From Candidatus Eiseniibacteriota bacterium (GTDB lineage Bacteria; Joyebacterota; Joyebacteria; Joyebacterales; Joyebacteraceae), in NCBI GenBank assembly GCA_030609365.1, contig JAUWCJ010000002.1, positions 41-64,040 of the forward strand: DNA of 64,000 bases, given 5' to 3'. This document shows, piece by piece, positions 19,947 through 29,963 of this stretch. The position numbers were made by a program, and so were the translations under genes. Within the stretch, counting starts at the first letter, position 1, and every line of letters begins with the position of its first letter. A model generated the notes under the pieces. It was not told where the DNA came from. It made no database searches and saw nothing but the letters and a program-made list of their open reading frames with translations.

Positions 19947-20192
19947 GATGCTGTCTCCGGCACGAGTTCACTAGAACCATGTATTATAGCCTCCGATCTG
20001 GGGCTCGGCAACGCAAAACGGCCGCCGCGGCACTCCCCGGAACACGCAGGTGGGCCCTGGACAGCCTGAAAACACCCGCTGTGCGGGCTTTTGCACTTGC
20101 CGGGTCACAGCGGGAATGGTAGCCTCTTGGGACTGATAGCTCATCTGTGACGATGTCGAGATACGCACCTCAGGGACCTGGAGGAGAACCGA

Positions 20193-20666
20193 ATGGGCAA
20201 GACGGTTGCAAGCGACTTCAAACCACGGGTTCTGGTCTTCTGCTGCAACTGGTGCGCGTACGCCGGCGCCGATCTGGCAGGCGTCTCCAGGCTCAAGATA
20301 ACGCCACATTTCCGGGTTATCAGAACCATGTGCTCGGGCCGCGTCGATCCGGAGCTGATTCTCGAGGCCTTCGCCGAGGGAGCGGACGGGGTCATGGTGG
20401 CGGGATGCCACCCCGGTGACTGCCACTACATGGAAGGCAACTACAAGGCCATGCGGCGCATGGCCTTCCTGAAGAAACTGGTCGCGGACCTCGGTCTCGA
20501 ACCGGACAGGCTTGCGCTCGAGTGGGTCTCGGCCGGCGAGGGAGGCAGGTTCCGCGAGGTCATCAACGGGTTCGTCGAGCAGATCATCGAGCTTGGGCCC
20601 AGCCCGATCGGGAAGAGGGCCGAGGCGAGAACCCGCAAGGCGGAGCCGACCGCGGCGAATCAGTAG
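20193..20666 (+). CDS. mvhD: Methyl-viologen-reducing hydrogenase delta subunit MvhD-like (hydrogenase iron-sulfur subunit, PF02662)
   Basis: 157 aa; VLVFCCNWCAYAGADLAG...MVAGCHPGDCHYMEGN is the MvhD/FlpD Cys pattern. SD GGAGGAG upstream. The only unambiguous plus-strand gene in the first 58 kb. Confidence 0.8.
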   Translation: MGKTVASDFKPRVLVFCCNWCAYAGADLAGVSRLKITPHFRVIRTMCSGRVDPELILEAFAEGADGVMVAGCHPGDCHYMEGNYKAMRRMAFLKKLVADLGLEPDRLALEWVSAGEGGRFREVINGFVEQIIELGPSPIGKRAEARTRKAEPTAANQ

Positions 20667-20750
20667 GCGGCGCGTCGGCAGTCGCGAGCCCGCACCGAAC
20701 TGGCGGGCGGCGGCGGCGCACCAGTAATCGGGTGACCGAAGGACAACGGG

Positions 20751-20778
20751 AACGGCGGCAGCGAAAGCTGCCGCCGTT
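20751..20778. terminator. Bidirectional stem-loop between the convergent mvhD and Pmp-like genes
   Basis: AACGGCGGCAGC-gaaa-GCTGCCGCCGTT: a perfect 12-bp stem with a GAAA loop, about 85 nt after the mvhD stop and 30 nt after the minus-strand stop at 20807. Confidence 0.55.
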
Positions 20779-20806
20779 CTCCGCGTCAGGCAATGGCCCT
20801 GTCCCT

Positions 20807-22444
20807 CTATCTGAACATCGACTTGATCTCGCCCCAGCTCGCGGGCCTCACGACGGTGGTCTCGCATCCGACGTCGAGCGCTCCGATGAGCCCGCACTCG
20901 GGGGCATTCGCGGGCGCGCACGGGGACGCGGCATCGATCGAGAAGTCGCCGGTGGCGGCCCCGCAGAACAGCGGGTCCTCACAGAGGTTTCCGTCAATCC
21001 CCGCGAAACCCGCGACGCAGCCGACCCAGTCGCCGCCCCAGTTCCCGTAGAGGTCGCAGCACGAGAGCGTCAAGGGCCCGACGTCTTCATTGCATTGAAC
21101 CGCGCCACCGAATGTGTTCAGGGCGATGATGGAGTTCCCGATATACGGCGCCGCGTCCGTGGAACAGAACACCCCACCTCCGGTGGGCGCCGCGTTCAGG
21201 ACAACGGTGGCGTTAGTGACAGAGCTCGTACCTGATCTGAGGTAGAGCCCGCCGCCGTGCGTCTCGGCCACGTTCTCCGCGACGACGCAGTCCCTGAACG
21301 GCCCCGTGTAATGGGTGAGAGACGCACCACCTCCCGTCCGTGCCTCGTTGCCGAGGAACGTGCATTGCCTGATCGGAGCCGCGGTGTTCTGGCAGCTCAT
21401 GCCTCCGCCCTGGTCCCCCCGGTTCCCGACGAACGTACAGTCATCGAACGACGCGGGCGGACCCCAGTTGTCATCCTCGTTGTAGCAGTACACGCCCCCG
21501 CCGACGCCGACCTCCTCGCCCGTCGCCGTATTCGAGGAGAACACACACGACGTCACGGTCGCCTTAGCCATGTCCACGGCCAGCCCCCCGCCGAATCCCA
21601 CCCAGCCGTGGATCGCGTTCCCCTCGAAGACGCAGTCGGTGATCACCGCGTAGTTGCTGTTCATGATGCAGACTGCCCCCCCGAACCGGTAGTTGGTTGG
21701 GCCGTGGCCCCAGTTGTCCGTGAAGGTCGAGCCCGTGATCGACGGCGACGAACCGTAGTCGAAGATCGCGCCGCCCGTGAGCGCCGAATTCCCGGTGAAG
21801 TCGCACGCGTCTACGTAGACGTACATGTCGTAGTCCAGCATGAGCGCGCCCCCGTACAGCGCCGAGTTGCCCGTGAAGGAGCAGTCGTTCAGCACCGTGC
21901 GCCCGTGGGCCGTGCAGATGGCGCCGCCTCTGACCCCGGACTCGTTCGCGTCGAAGATCACGTTCTCCAGAAACGGTCCGGCCGACGAGATCACGCTGAG
22001 CGCGCCGCCATCATTCGTGGCCCAGTTCGCCGTGAGCACGCAGTCGTCGATCGTCGGCCTTGAGATGCTACGACAGAATATCGCGCCGCCGTTGTCGGCG
22101 GATCCGTTTGTAATGGTGAAACCGCTCAGCCGCGCTGCCATGGGCTCGGCGGAGTGGAAGTCGAAGGCGCGCGCCGCGGACTCGCAATCGATCACCGTGT
22201 CCTCGGGCCCGCACTCCGACACCACGACGATCGCCTTGCCGGCGAAGTCGAGGTCGCGGTTGTGTGGCCCGGTGTAGGTGCCGGGGGCGACGCGGACCGT
22301 GTCCCCGATGACGGCGGCCTCGATGCCATCACGGAGAGTGAGATAGTCACCGCCGCCCGAGCAATCGACGACGATCACGGATCCGAGGGAGACGCTGGCT
22401 GTCATGAGGAGCGCGAGAGCGGCTAGCGGGAGCAGACGCTTCAT
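20807..22444 (-). CDS. Secreted right-handed beta-helix protein with Pmp-type (FxxN / GGA[ILV]) repeats, ending ...SWGEIKSMFR
   Basis: Signal peptide MKRLLPLAALALLMTASVSLG, AAGGAGG SD. About 13 repeats of F(T/S)xN...GGA(I/L/V) (e.g. NGSADNGGAIFC, FTGNSALYGGALML, FVGNRGDQGGGMSC). C-terminal tail shared with three other proteins in the window. Confidence 0.75.
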   Translation of the reverse strand: MKRLLPLAALALLMTASVSLGSVIVVDCSGGGDYLTLRDGIEAAVIGDTVRVAPGTYTGPHNRDLDFAGKAIVVVSECGPEDTVIDCESAARAFDFHSAEPMAARLSGFTITNGSADNGGAIFCRSISRPTIDDCVLTANWATNDGGALSVISSAGPFLENVIFDANESGVRGGAICTAHGRTVLNDCSFTGNSALYGGALMLDYDMYVYVDACDFTGNSALTGGAIFDYGSSPSITGSTFTDNWGHGPTNYRFGGAVCIMNSNYAVITDCVFEGNAIHGWVGFGGGLAVDMAKATVTSCVFSSNTATGEEVGVGGGVYCYNEDDNWGPPASFDDCTFVGNRGDQGGGMSCQNTAAPIRQCTFLGNEARTGGGASLTHYTGPFRDCVVAENVAETHGGGLYLRSGTSSVTNATVVLNAAPTGGGVFCSTDAAPYIGNSIIALNTFGGAVQCNEDVGPLTLSCCDLYGNWGGDWVGCVAGFAGIDGNLCEDPLFCGAATGDFSIDAASPCAPANAPECGLIGALDVGCETTVVRPASWGEIKSMFR

Positions 22445-22537
22445 GGAACACCTCCTTTGTTCCGCAGGGGGTGTCGCCAGAGGTGGGTACTTTCATCGTA
22501 GCGGAGGCCTAACTCCCGGTCAACATCCGATATTCGG

Positions 22538-22576
22538 TCTAAAAGACAGGGGGAACCCGGGCAACCGGCTTCCCCC
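22538..22576 (-). terminator. Rho-independent terminator after the thiolase-like gene
   Basis: Minus strand reads GGGGGAAGCCGGTTGCCCGGGTTCCCCC followed by TGTCTTTTAG (U-tract), right after the stop at 22611. Confidence 0.55.
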
Positions 22577-22610
22577 TGAGCACACAATCACACTGCGCGA
22601 CCTGCAGCGC

Positions 22611-23858
22611 CTAGCTCGCCCTTTTGAACACGCACGACACGACCGTGCGGTCGTTCCCGCCCATCGACACCATGAGGCCGTAGGGCTTGTTCGCGTCCTG
22701 CACGAGCTTCTGGCCGTCGGGCTTCCCGGTGAACTGCATGACGATGTCCGCCGCCTGCCTGACGCCGGTCCCGCCCGTGTAGTGGCCGTAGCCCACGAGT
22801 CCGCCGGACAGGTTGGTCGGCATCGCTCCCGTGGGAGCCGTCCCGCCCTCGCGAACGAAGTCGAACGCCTCGCCGTATCCGCAGATCCCTATCGCCTCGA
22901 GCGACAGGATCCCACCGATGGTGAAGCAGTCGTGGACCTCGAGCATCCCGATGTCCGAGGGCTTGATGCCGGCCATCTCCATCGCGGCCTTGGCGGCACG
23001 CGCGCTCGTCGTGAGCTTCGTCTGGTCCTCGGGGTCCTTCGAGATATCGGCGACGACCTGGCCGAAGCCGAGGAGCTCCACGGCGTCCTTCTTGTCCACG
23101 CCGAGCTTCGAAAGCCCCTCCTCCGACGCGAACACAACGGCGGACCCTCCGTCCGAGACCTTCGAGCAGTCGTAGACGTTGATGTAGTCGCAGAACGTCT
23201 TGCCGTTCGGCTTCGTCATGCCGGTCGCCAAGAGATCCTCGGTGCTGTTGTGATGCTCCTGTGCCTTCGGGCACTCGCGGGCGTTCAGCACCGCTCGCTC
23301 GTACCACCTGGCCATCGCCTCACGCACCTTGTCGTACCCGAACTTCTCGTACGCCGCACCGGCTCTGTCCGAGAACTTCGCGGGGAAGAAATAGGCGTGG
23401 CCCGACTTCCTCTGTGACGCGTAGTGGCCCGCGCCTCCCAGAATGTCCGCGCCGTAGATGGCCTTGACCGTATTCTGGACCTCGAATCCGACCGTCAGAA
23501 CGGTGTCCGCCATGTCCGAGAGGATGGATTTCGCGGCGGTCGTGAGCCCCAGCCCGCCGGACCCGCACGCGCCCTCGACACTGACGAGAGGCTTGTACTC
23601 GAGCGTTGCATCGATGAGCGGCATGAGAGCCGGGAGGTTCCCCTGACGATTGAATCGCGGCGCCATGAAGTTCGCGATGACACCCTCGTCGATGTTCGCC
23701 GCGTCGTTGATCTGTGCGAGCGCCCCCCGCCCCGCCTCGGTGATGTAGTGTTCGATGCCGGGACGTGGTTTCTTGGGGTGGAACTCCTTCCTGCCGGTTC
23801 CGAGAGACACGGTGTTGTACGCCGCCGTGGCGTAGATGGGCTTCCTGAGTGACTTCAT
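22611..23858 (-). CDS. Thiolase-family protein (SCP-x / nonspecific lipid-transfer-type 3-ketoacyl-CoA thiolase)
   Basis: 415 aa; thiolase-like fold blocks (…VEGACGSGG…, …HDCFTIGGILSLEAIG…, …NLSGGLVGYGHYTGGTG…). Confidence 0.75.
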   Translation of the reverse strand: MKSLRKPIYATAAYNTVSLGTGRKEFHPKKPRPGIEHYITEAGRGALAQINDAANIDEGVIANFMAPRFNRQGNLPALMPLIDATLEYKPLVSVEGACGSGGLGLTTAAKSILSDMADTVLTVGFEVQNTVKAIYGADILGGAGHYASQRKSGHAYFFPAKFSDRAGAAYEKFGYDKVREAMARWYERAVLNARECPKAQEHHNSTEDLLATGMTKPNGKTFCDYINVYDCSKVSDGGSAVVFASEEGLSKLGVDKKDAVELLGFGQVVADISKDPEDQTKLTTSARAAKAAMEMAGIKPSDIGMLEVHDCFTIGGILSLEAIGICGYGEAFDFVREGGTAPTGAMPTNLSGGLVGYGHYTGGTGVRQAADIVMQFTGKPDGQKLVQDANKPYGLMVSMGGNDRTVVSCVFKRAS

Positions 23859-23868
23859 CGCTTCCCTC

Positions 23869-25227
23869 CTACCGCACCGCGTCGACCATCAGGTCGACGT
23901 GCTTGTTGATGGGCCCGTAGAGATGGTAGAAACCGTTCATCATCACGCCGTTGACGTCGTCGGCCGAGTTGGCGACTCCGTCGGACACGAGCTTCTCCCC
24001 TATCTCCCTCGAACGGACGAGGTATGCCTTCGCCAGGTTGGAACCGAGAGCGCCGGAGTTCGCCAGATTCCCGAAGTAGACCTCCAGCTTCTCGTCCTTC
24101 TTCGGATCCATGAGAAGCGCGCGCCAGGGCGCGTGGCCGTCGGGCAGACTCCCGAGCTTCTTGTCGAGCGTCGCCGCCCAGTCGCCGTCCGCGAACATCA
24201 CGTAGCCGCCCTTCGACAGGTCGTAGATGCCCGCCGGCCGCCCACCCTCGTACTTGAGGAAGCCGTCCTTCTGGCTGCCGTCGGCGTGCTGTCCACCCAT
24301 CACGCCTGCTTCCGCCATCCGGTTCAGGAGGTCGTCACTGAGCGTCTCGCCCTCAATGTGCTCGGTCATGACGTTCATTATGAACCGGCAGACGTCGATG
24401 CCGACGTAGTCGATGAGCTGGAAGATGCCCATCGGCCGGATCATGAACTCCTGGCTGACCCTGTTCATCATGTAGGCGGCCTCGGCCTCGCCGGCATCCT
24501 GTGCGAGCTTCTTCACCTCGGACGTCGCGTGGAGGATGTCCCTCATGAAGTGGCCGTTCCCGATGAACCCGGCTATGTCGTTCGCCAGGAAGACCTTCTT
24601 GCGAAGCTTGCCGGCCAGTTCCTGACCCGCCTCGACCAGCTCCGGTTTGACGCCCTCGGGCGAGATGAGCTCCAGGAGCTTCTGCACCGCCGGCGGATTG
24701 TAGAAGTGGTAGCCGATGATGCGGCCGTTCAGGGGAACGCCCTTGTCGATGACGCCGATGGGAATCGATGATGTGTTCGTCAGGTAGTAGGCATCGGGAC
24801 ACAGCGCGTCGATTTTCTTGAGCACGTCGAGCTTGATGTTCTTGTCCTCGATGATGGCCTCGAAGATGAGCGTCGAGCCCTTGATCGCCTCGAGGGACGT
24901 CGTGGGCCGGCAGAACGACAGCGCGTCCTCGACGAAGGCGTTGATGATCTCCCCGTTCTCCACGAGGTCCGCGCGGTCCGCGTAGGCAGCTCTGAGAGCG
25001 ATCGTGCTCTTCTCACCCAGCTTCGTCAGCTGTGCCCGGAGGTACGACATGAGGCCCGTGAGGGCACCCTGATCAACGTCCATCAGCGTGAGGACGTAGC
25101 TCTTGTCGCCCCCCGACGCTATCTTCTGTCTTGCCATCTCCTGGGCGAGAAGAAGAGCGATGCCGCTCCCCATCTTGCCCGCCGCGCCAAGCACGGCCAC
25201 GTTCTCTAGTCTGGCATCAAGATCCAT
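23869..25227 (-). CDS. 3-hydroxyacyl-CoA dehydrogenase family protein (long form with C-terminal domain)
   Basis: Rossmann motif VAVLGAAGKMGSGIA. Start placed at the ATG 25227 (MDLDARL), which has AAGGGAG 6 nt upstream. The ORF-track start 25275 has no SD and would overlap tdk by 59 nt. Confidence 0.8.
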   Translation of the reverse strand: MDLDARLENVAVLGAAGKMGSGIALLLAQEMARQKIASGGDKSYVLTLMDVDQGALTGLMSYLRAQLTKLGEKSTIALRAAYADRADLVENGEIINAFVEDALSFCRPTTSLEAIKGSTLIFEAIIEDKNIKLDVLKKIDALCPDAYYLTNTSSIPIGVIDKGVPLNGRIIGYHFYNPPAVQKLLELISPEGVKPELVEAGQELAGKLRKKVFLANDIAGFIGNGHFMRDILHATSEVKKLAQDAGEAEAAYMMNRVSQEFMIRPMGIFQLIDYVGIDVCRFIMNVMTEHIEGETLSDDLLNRMAEAGVMGGQHADGSQKDGFLKYEGGRPAGIYDLSKGGYVMFADGDWAATLDKKLGSLPDGHAPWRALLMDPKKDEKLEVYFGNLANSGALGSNLAKAYLVRSREIGEKLVSDGVANSADDVNGVMMNGFYHLYGPINKHVDLMVDAVR

Positions 25228-25846
25228 CCATAACTCCCTTCCGTTTGATTGTGTCTCCAGCGTCTGCAGTTCCATGTTCAGCAGGCTCCGATGGGTCGAA
25301 GCAGTGGCGGCACCGCGCCTCGTAGACCTCCGAGGCGCCCACCACCACGCGCTCCGTGGACTGCGTGATGCGCTGCGTCCTGTTCGCGGGCTTCCCGCAC
25401 TGCATGCACACGGCGAGCGTCTTGGTTATGTACTCCGCTACCGCCAGAAGCGCGGGCATGGGCTCGAACGGACGTCCCATGAAGTCCTGGTCAAGCCCGG
25501 CAACGATGACCCGGACGCCGCGGTTCGCGAGTTCCTCGCACACCTCGGGCAGCTTCGGGCCGAGAAACTGGCCCTCGTCGATGCCCACAACCTGGATGTC
25601 CGGCCCGACGTAGCCCGGGATCTCAGATGCGTCCTCGATACGAATCGACTCGATGCACCTGTCGTCGTGCGAGACGATGTCATCTTCGTCGTAGCGGTCG
25701 TCGATACGCGGCTTGAACGCCACGATCTTCTGCTTCGCGATCTTCGCCCGTCTCAGGCGGCGTATGAGCTCCTCGCTCTTGCCCGAGAACATGCTGCCAC
25801 AGATGACCTCGAGCCAGCCCGTGTCGTCGCATCTTCCGTGAGTCAT
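25217..25846 (-). CDS. tdk: Thymidine kinase
   Basis: P-loop GSMFSGKSEEL, a C-terminal Zn ribbon (CMQCG…CRHC), AGAGGAA SD. Confidence 0.85.
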   Translation of the reverse strand: MTHGRCDDTGWLEVICGSMFSGKSEELIRRLRRAKIAKQKIVAFKPRIDDRYDEDDIVSHDDRCIESIRIEDASEIPGYVGPDIQVVGIDEGQFLGPKLPEVCEELANRGVRVIVAGLDQDFMGRPFEPMPALLAVAEYITKTLAVCMQCGKPANRTQRITQSTERVVVGASEVYEARCRHCFDPSEPAEHGTADAGDTIKRKGVMDGS

Positions 25847-25873
25847 CGTCGGTTCCTCTAATCTCAGTGTGTT

Positions 25874-26821
25874 TCAGCCGGTCCCTGTGTGTCTCAGCGA
25901 GATGTCCCCGAACCAGATCTCGCGCGTGGCGCCCGTTTCGTCCTGGATGACGAGCGCGCCCGACTCGGCGAGGTCTGTCACAACCCCTGTGGCACGCTGG
26001 TCGAGTCGTTCGCCGTCGGCGCCTTGCTCCTGCGGCGTGTTCGCTGCTCGCGGCGTGACGGCCACCTTCCGCCCAAGCGTGCTCGAGAGCTCGCGCCAAC
26101 GCTCCCGGAACCCCGCGATCCCCTCACGTTCGTACCGCTCGAAGCACTGCTCCAGCGCGAGCAGTGTCGCTCTCAGCACATCGAGCCGCGCGACGGGCCG
26201 GTGCCGCGCCAGTTGCAGCGACGTCGCGGCGCCAGCCAGCTCGGCGGGTAGATCGTCCTCGGAGAGGCCGACGTTCAGGCCGATACCCAGCACCGCGCTC
26301 ACGACCCTCTCCCCCGCGGTCTGCATCGACTCGACGAGGAGTCCTCCCAGCTTCCGGCCGCCAACGAGCAGGTCGTTCGGCCACTTGACCCGCACGTCGA
26401 GCCCGGTGAGTTCCCGCAGAGCGTCCGCGACCGAGACCGCCGCCGCTACGCTGAGCGGAGCGAGTCTCTCCGCCGACGCACCGCTCTCGAGCAGAACTGA
26501 CATCCATACGCCCATACGATCTGGCGAGAACCACGTGCGCCCGGACCGACCCCTGCCCCCGGTCTGCTCGTCGGCCAGCACCACCGTGCCGACCGCAGCG
26601 CCTTCCAGCGCCAGCGCCTTGAGCCTGTTGCTTGTCGAGTCCACCGTCCGCAGGTAATGGACGGTGCGCCCGACACGGGCCGTAGCGAGACCGAGATCAC
26701 ACGGGCCGTCGAGCACGGTCCCGGGCTCGACGCCGAGGTCGGCGGCTCCTCCACCGGCTCGCTCCCCTGCATCACCGGCGCGGGGCACGCCCTCGCCGCC
26801 TTCTCCGGGCGGCGCCGTCAC
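25874..26821 (-). CDS. birA: Biotin--[acetyl-CoA-carboxylase] ligase (BirA/BPL)
   Basis: GRGRSGRTW motif (GRGRxGRxW), a KWPND block and a C-terminal SH3-like domain. 4-nt overlap with the upstream gene. Confidence 0.85.
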   Translation of the reverse strand: MTAPPGEGGEGVPRAGDAGERAGGGAADLGVEPGTVLDGPCDLGLATARVGRTVHYLRTVDSTSNRLKALALEGAAVGTVVLADEQTGGRGRSGRTWFSPDRMGVWMSVLLESGASAERLAPLSVAAAVSVADALRELTGLDVRVKWPNDLLVGGRKLGGLLVESMQTAGERVVSAVLGIGLNVGLSEDDLPAELAGAATSLQLARHRPVARLDVLRATLLALEQCFERYEREGIAGFRERWRELSSTLGRKVAVTPRAANTPQEQGADGERLDQRATGVVTDLAESGALVIQDETGATREIWFGDISLRHTGTG

Positions 26822-27888
26822 CTGCTCCGGACCTGTCCGGAGAGGTCACCCACGTTGCGAATCCGTTCCTCCGCGAGGACGTTCGCCGCCTCGGCGGTGC
26901 TGATCCCGCGATCGTGCGCGACCCGGAATACCTTCTTGAGCATCAAGTAGATGCCCTCGGCGCACCGCATTGCACGCTCCATCGAGAACCCGGCGATCTC
27001 CTCGGTGACCGCGATCAGGGCGCCTGAATTGAATACAAAGTCCGGGGCGTAGAGAATGCCCCTGTCCGCCAGAAGCGTCACGTGCTCGGGTTCGGCGAGC
27101 TGGTTGTTCGCCAGGCCCGCGACGACGCGGCAGGAGAGCCGCGGGATAGTCTCGGGATTGAGCACCTCGCCTACGGCGCATGGACACCAGATGTCGCACT
27201 CGACATCGTAGATGTCATCCGGATCCACGATGGTGATGCCCAGCTCGTCGTGAGAGCGCTGAGCGACTCTGGAATCGAAATCGCAGGCAATGACCTTCAC
27301 GCCGGACGCGACGAGCGCCTTCGCAAGTCCGGCACCCGCCCTGCCAAGACCCTGCACCGCCATCGTGAGTCCGGACAGCCCCGGGCCCGCGCCCACCTCC
27401 TCGAGACACGCCAGGAGGCCGGCGATGGCGCCGTGAGCGGCGATCGGCGCCGGGTCCCCGCATCCGCCGTACGCGGTGTGCAGGCCGACGACGTGTTCCG
27501 TCTCGACACGGACGCGCTGCATGTCCTCGACGTCAGTACCCAGACCCTGCGACGTGATGTAGCGCCCGTTCAGGCTCGCTATGTGTCTCCCGAGCGCCCG
27601 GAACAACAGCTCCGTCTTGTCCTTCTCCGGATCGCCCATGATGACGGCGGAACCGCCGCCGAAGTTGAGACCGGCCGCCGCGGCCTTGTAGGTCATAGAG
27701 AAGGACAGTCGGAGCGCGTCCTCGAGCGCGTCCTCTTCGCTCTCGTAGACACGCATGGTCGTCCCGCCGATGGCGGGACCCAGGACCGTGCTGTGTATAG
27801 CGACGATCGCGCGGAGACCCGCGACCTCGTCGAACGCGAAGCTCACCTGCTCGTGCTCGGCGTGCTCCAGAGCCTTGAAGACTTCCAT
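26818..27888 (-). CDS. Leucine dehydrogenase-type Glu/Leu/Phe/Val dehydrogenase (paralog 1)
   Basis: 356 aa; GLRAIVAIHSTVLGPAIGGTTM dimerisation/catalytic region and the NAD-binding GLGRAGAGLAKAL. Confidence 0.85.
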   Translation of the reverse strand: MEVFKALEHAEHEQVSFAFDEVAGLRAIVAIHSTVLGPAIGGTTMRVYESEEDALEDALRLSFSMTYKAAAAGLNFGGGSAVIMGDPEKDKTELLFRALGRHIASLNGRYITSQGLGTDVEDMQRVRVETEHVVGLHTAYGGCGDPAPIAAHGAIAGLLACLEEVGAGPGLSGLTMAVQGLGRAGAGLAKALVASGVKVIACDFDSRVAQRSHDELGITIVDPDDIYDVECDIWCPCAVGEVLNPETIPRLSCRVVAGLANNQLAEPEHVTLLADRGILYAPDFVFNSGALIAVTEEIAGFSMERAMRCAEGIYLMLKKVFRVAHDRGISTAEAANVLAEERIRNVGDLSGQVRSR

Positions 27889-27938
27889 TTGGGACCTCCG
27901 CCCGCGCGCGACCGAATCATGCCGCGCGGCGCCTGCCG

Positions 27939-28727
27939 CTATTCCGGCTGCTTCTTAATCCAACTCGCGGGACGCTTCTCGAAGAACGCGGTGATACCCT
28001 CTCGCGCCTCGCCGCTGGCGAAGCAGAGCCCGAACGCGTCGGACTCGTGGGTGCCGCCGGCGTCCACGTCGGTGCTGGTGCCCTTGTTGACGCACGCCTT
28101 CACCAGTCCGACGGCCGCCGGACCGTTTCTTGCGATTCGCACCGCCATCTCCTTCGCGGCGTCCAGGAGCTCGTCGGGCTCCACGACCTTGTTGACGAGA
28201 CCCCACGAGAGCGCGGTCGCAGCATCAATCGGAGCGCCGGTCAGGAGCATCTCCTTGGCGCGACCGAATCCAACGAGCCTCGGGAGCCGCTGGGTGCCCG
28301 CGAACCCGGGCACGATACCGAGCGTGACCTCGGGCTGACCCATCTTGGCCTTCGTGGACGCGATCCGAACATCGCACGCCATTGCCAGTTCGAGCCCGCC
28401 GCCCAGCGCGAACCCGTTGATGGCCGCGATGACGGGCTTCGGGAGATTCTCCACGATCGAGAACGTCCGCTGGCCGTGCTGCGAGATGCCCCTGGACTGC
28501 ATGCCGTCTTTGGCCTGGAGCTCCGAGATGTCCGCGCCCGCGACGAACGCCTTCCCGGCGCCCGTAACGATGATCACCCTGACGTCCGCATCTCCACCCA
28601 GCTCGAGCATCGCGTGGCCGATCTCGGTCATGGTCTCGATGTTGATGGCGTTCAGAGCATTCGGACGATTCATCGTGACGACCGCGATCTGTCCGTCCTT
28701 CTCAACCGTGAGGTTCTTGAGGTTCAT
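27939..28727 (-). CDS. Enoyl-CoA hydratase/isomerase (crotonase) family
   Basis: ATG 28727 with GGAGGAG 3 nt upstream. GAGKAFVAGADI motif and a C-terminal EGI.AF.EKR block. Confidence 0.85.
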   Translation of the reverse strand: MNLKNLTVEKDGQIAVVTMNRPNALNAINIETMTEIGHAMLELGGDADVRVIIVTGAGKAFVAGADISELQAKDGMQSRGISQHGQRTFSIVENLPKPVIAAINGFALGGGLELAMACDVRIASTKAKMGQPEVTLGIVPGFAGTQRLPRLVGFGRAKEMLLTGAPIDAATALSWGLVNKVVEPDELLDAAKEMAVRIARNGPAAVGLVKACVNKGTSTDVDAGGTHESDAFGLCFASGEAREGITAFFEKRPASWIKKQPE

Positions 28728-29872
28728 CTCTCCTCCGCTTCGTTGCACGACGCCGGCCCGCCCTCGACCGTCTGGGGGTAGGTCTTCGCCGTCTCTTTAC
28801 CCCTGAGCACCCTCAGGCACCCAAGCGCGAGCGCCTTGAGTTCGTCCTCGCCTGGCACAATGACCGTCTTCCCGAGGAAGGCGATCTTCGCCTGGAGTCT
28901 CTCTATTATGTACTCGTTGTTGGCCAGCCCTCCGGTGAGCACCACCGCGTCCAGCTCTCCGTCCATCGCCACGACCATGGCCCCTATCTCTTTCGCGATC
29001 TGATGGACCATCGCCGCGACGACGCGCGCGGCTTCCTCGTCGCCGGATTCGATCCGGGCGACTATGGCGTCCGCGTCGGTCGTGCCAAGATAGGCCACCA
29101 ACCCGCCGCCGCCGACCAGCTTGCACTCGATCTCATCCCGGGTGTACTCACCCGAGAAGCACATGTTCGCAAGGCCGCCCGTCTGGACCGCGCCCGCCCT
29201 CTCCGGGGTAAACGGCCCCGCATAGAGTCCGTTCGTGACATCGACCATCCGTCCCTTCTTGAGAGCGCAGATGCTGATGCCGCCGCCAAGATGCGCGATC
29301 ACGAGATTGATCTTGTGGTAGTTGCCGCCCAGCTTCTCCGCGACGATTCGCGCGGTCGCCTTGACGTTGAGCGCGTGAACCAGGCTGGTCCTGGGGACCT
29401 CCGGCAGGCCGGAGTAGCGCGCGACGGAGTCCAGCTCGTCGACGCACGGTGGATCGACGATGAAGGCCGGAATCCCTACGTCCCACGCGATGCCGTATGA
29501 AAGCACCGCGCCCAGGTTGGACGCGTGCTCTCCCCTCTCGGCCGTCCTCGCGTCGTCTATCATCTGCTGGTTGACGGCGTACGTGCCGCTGACCGTAGGT
29601 GCGAAGACACCGCCCCGTCCGACGACCGCCGCGAGCGTGTTCAGCGCGATGCCCCTGTCGTCCAGGAACTCAAGGATCATCGCCTTCCGATACTCGTACT
29701 CGTCCCATATGCGTTCGAAATTCGACAGGTCGAGCGGCGTGTGACTGATCTTGTCCTCGAACGCACATTCCTCGCCGTCGAAGACCGCGAGCTTCGTGGA
29801 CGTGGACCCAGGGTTCAGTGCCAGTATCCGCTCGCTCGCGGCGCCTTTTGTTTTCTCTGCCGACATCTCCAC
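28724..29872 (-). CDS. buk: Butyrate kinase (acetate/butyrate kinase family)
   Basis: 382 aa; ILALNPGSTSTKLAVF start block typical of Buk and ASKHA-fold motifs. ATGA overlap with the downstream crotonase. Confidence 0.85.
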   Translation of the reverse strand: MEMSAEKTKGAASERILALNPGSTSTKLAVFDGEECAFEDKISHTPLDLSNFERIWDEYEYRKAMILEFLDDRGIALNTLAAVVGRGGVFAPTVSGTYAVNQQMIDDARTAERGEHASNLGAVLSYGIAWDVGIPAFIVDPPCVDELDSVARYSGLPEVPRTSLVHALNVKATARIVAEKLGGNYHKINLVIAHLGGGISICALKKGRMVDVTNGLYAGPFTPERAGAVQTGGLANMCFSGEYTRDEIECKLVGGGGLVAYLGTTDADAIVARIESGDEEAARVVAAMVHQIAKEIGAMVVAMDGELDAVVLTGGLANNEYIIERLQAKIAFLGKTVIVPGEDELKALALGCLRVLRGKETAKTYPQTVEGGPASCNEAEER

Positions 29873-29963
29873 CTCTTTCGCGCGTGTGCGCGCAGGTCTG
29901 CTTCGACGCGAGGGTCCGCACGCGCGGTGTTTCCCGCGCTCGGCCTCCGCTGCAACCGAGAAC

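Noticed and set aside
20075-20096. Small hairpin CCCGC-tgt-GCGGG followed by CTTTTG in the yggS/mvhD divergent region
   Set aside because: Only a 5-bp stem, with no gene positioned for it to terminate. It is more likely part of the divergent promoter region, and it was not called.
25228-25275. Upstream ATG (25275) for the 3-hydroxyacyl-CoA dehydrogenase. Similar ORF-track 5' extensions occur for lspA (14616), etfB (54076), cobO (58143), HMGCS (38699), thiolase (37593), LeuDH-2 (40222), PccB (45973), the T9SS protein (63587) and others.
   Set aside because: These extensions lack SDs, overlap neighbouring genes and translate as Arg-rich low-complexity sequence. In each case an internal start with a canonical SD and a homology-consistent N-terminus was preferred.
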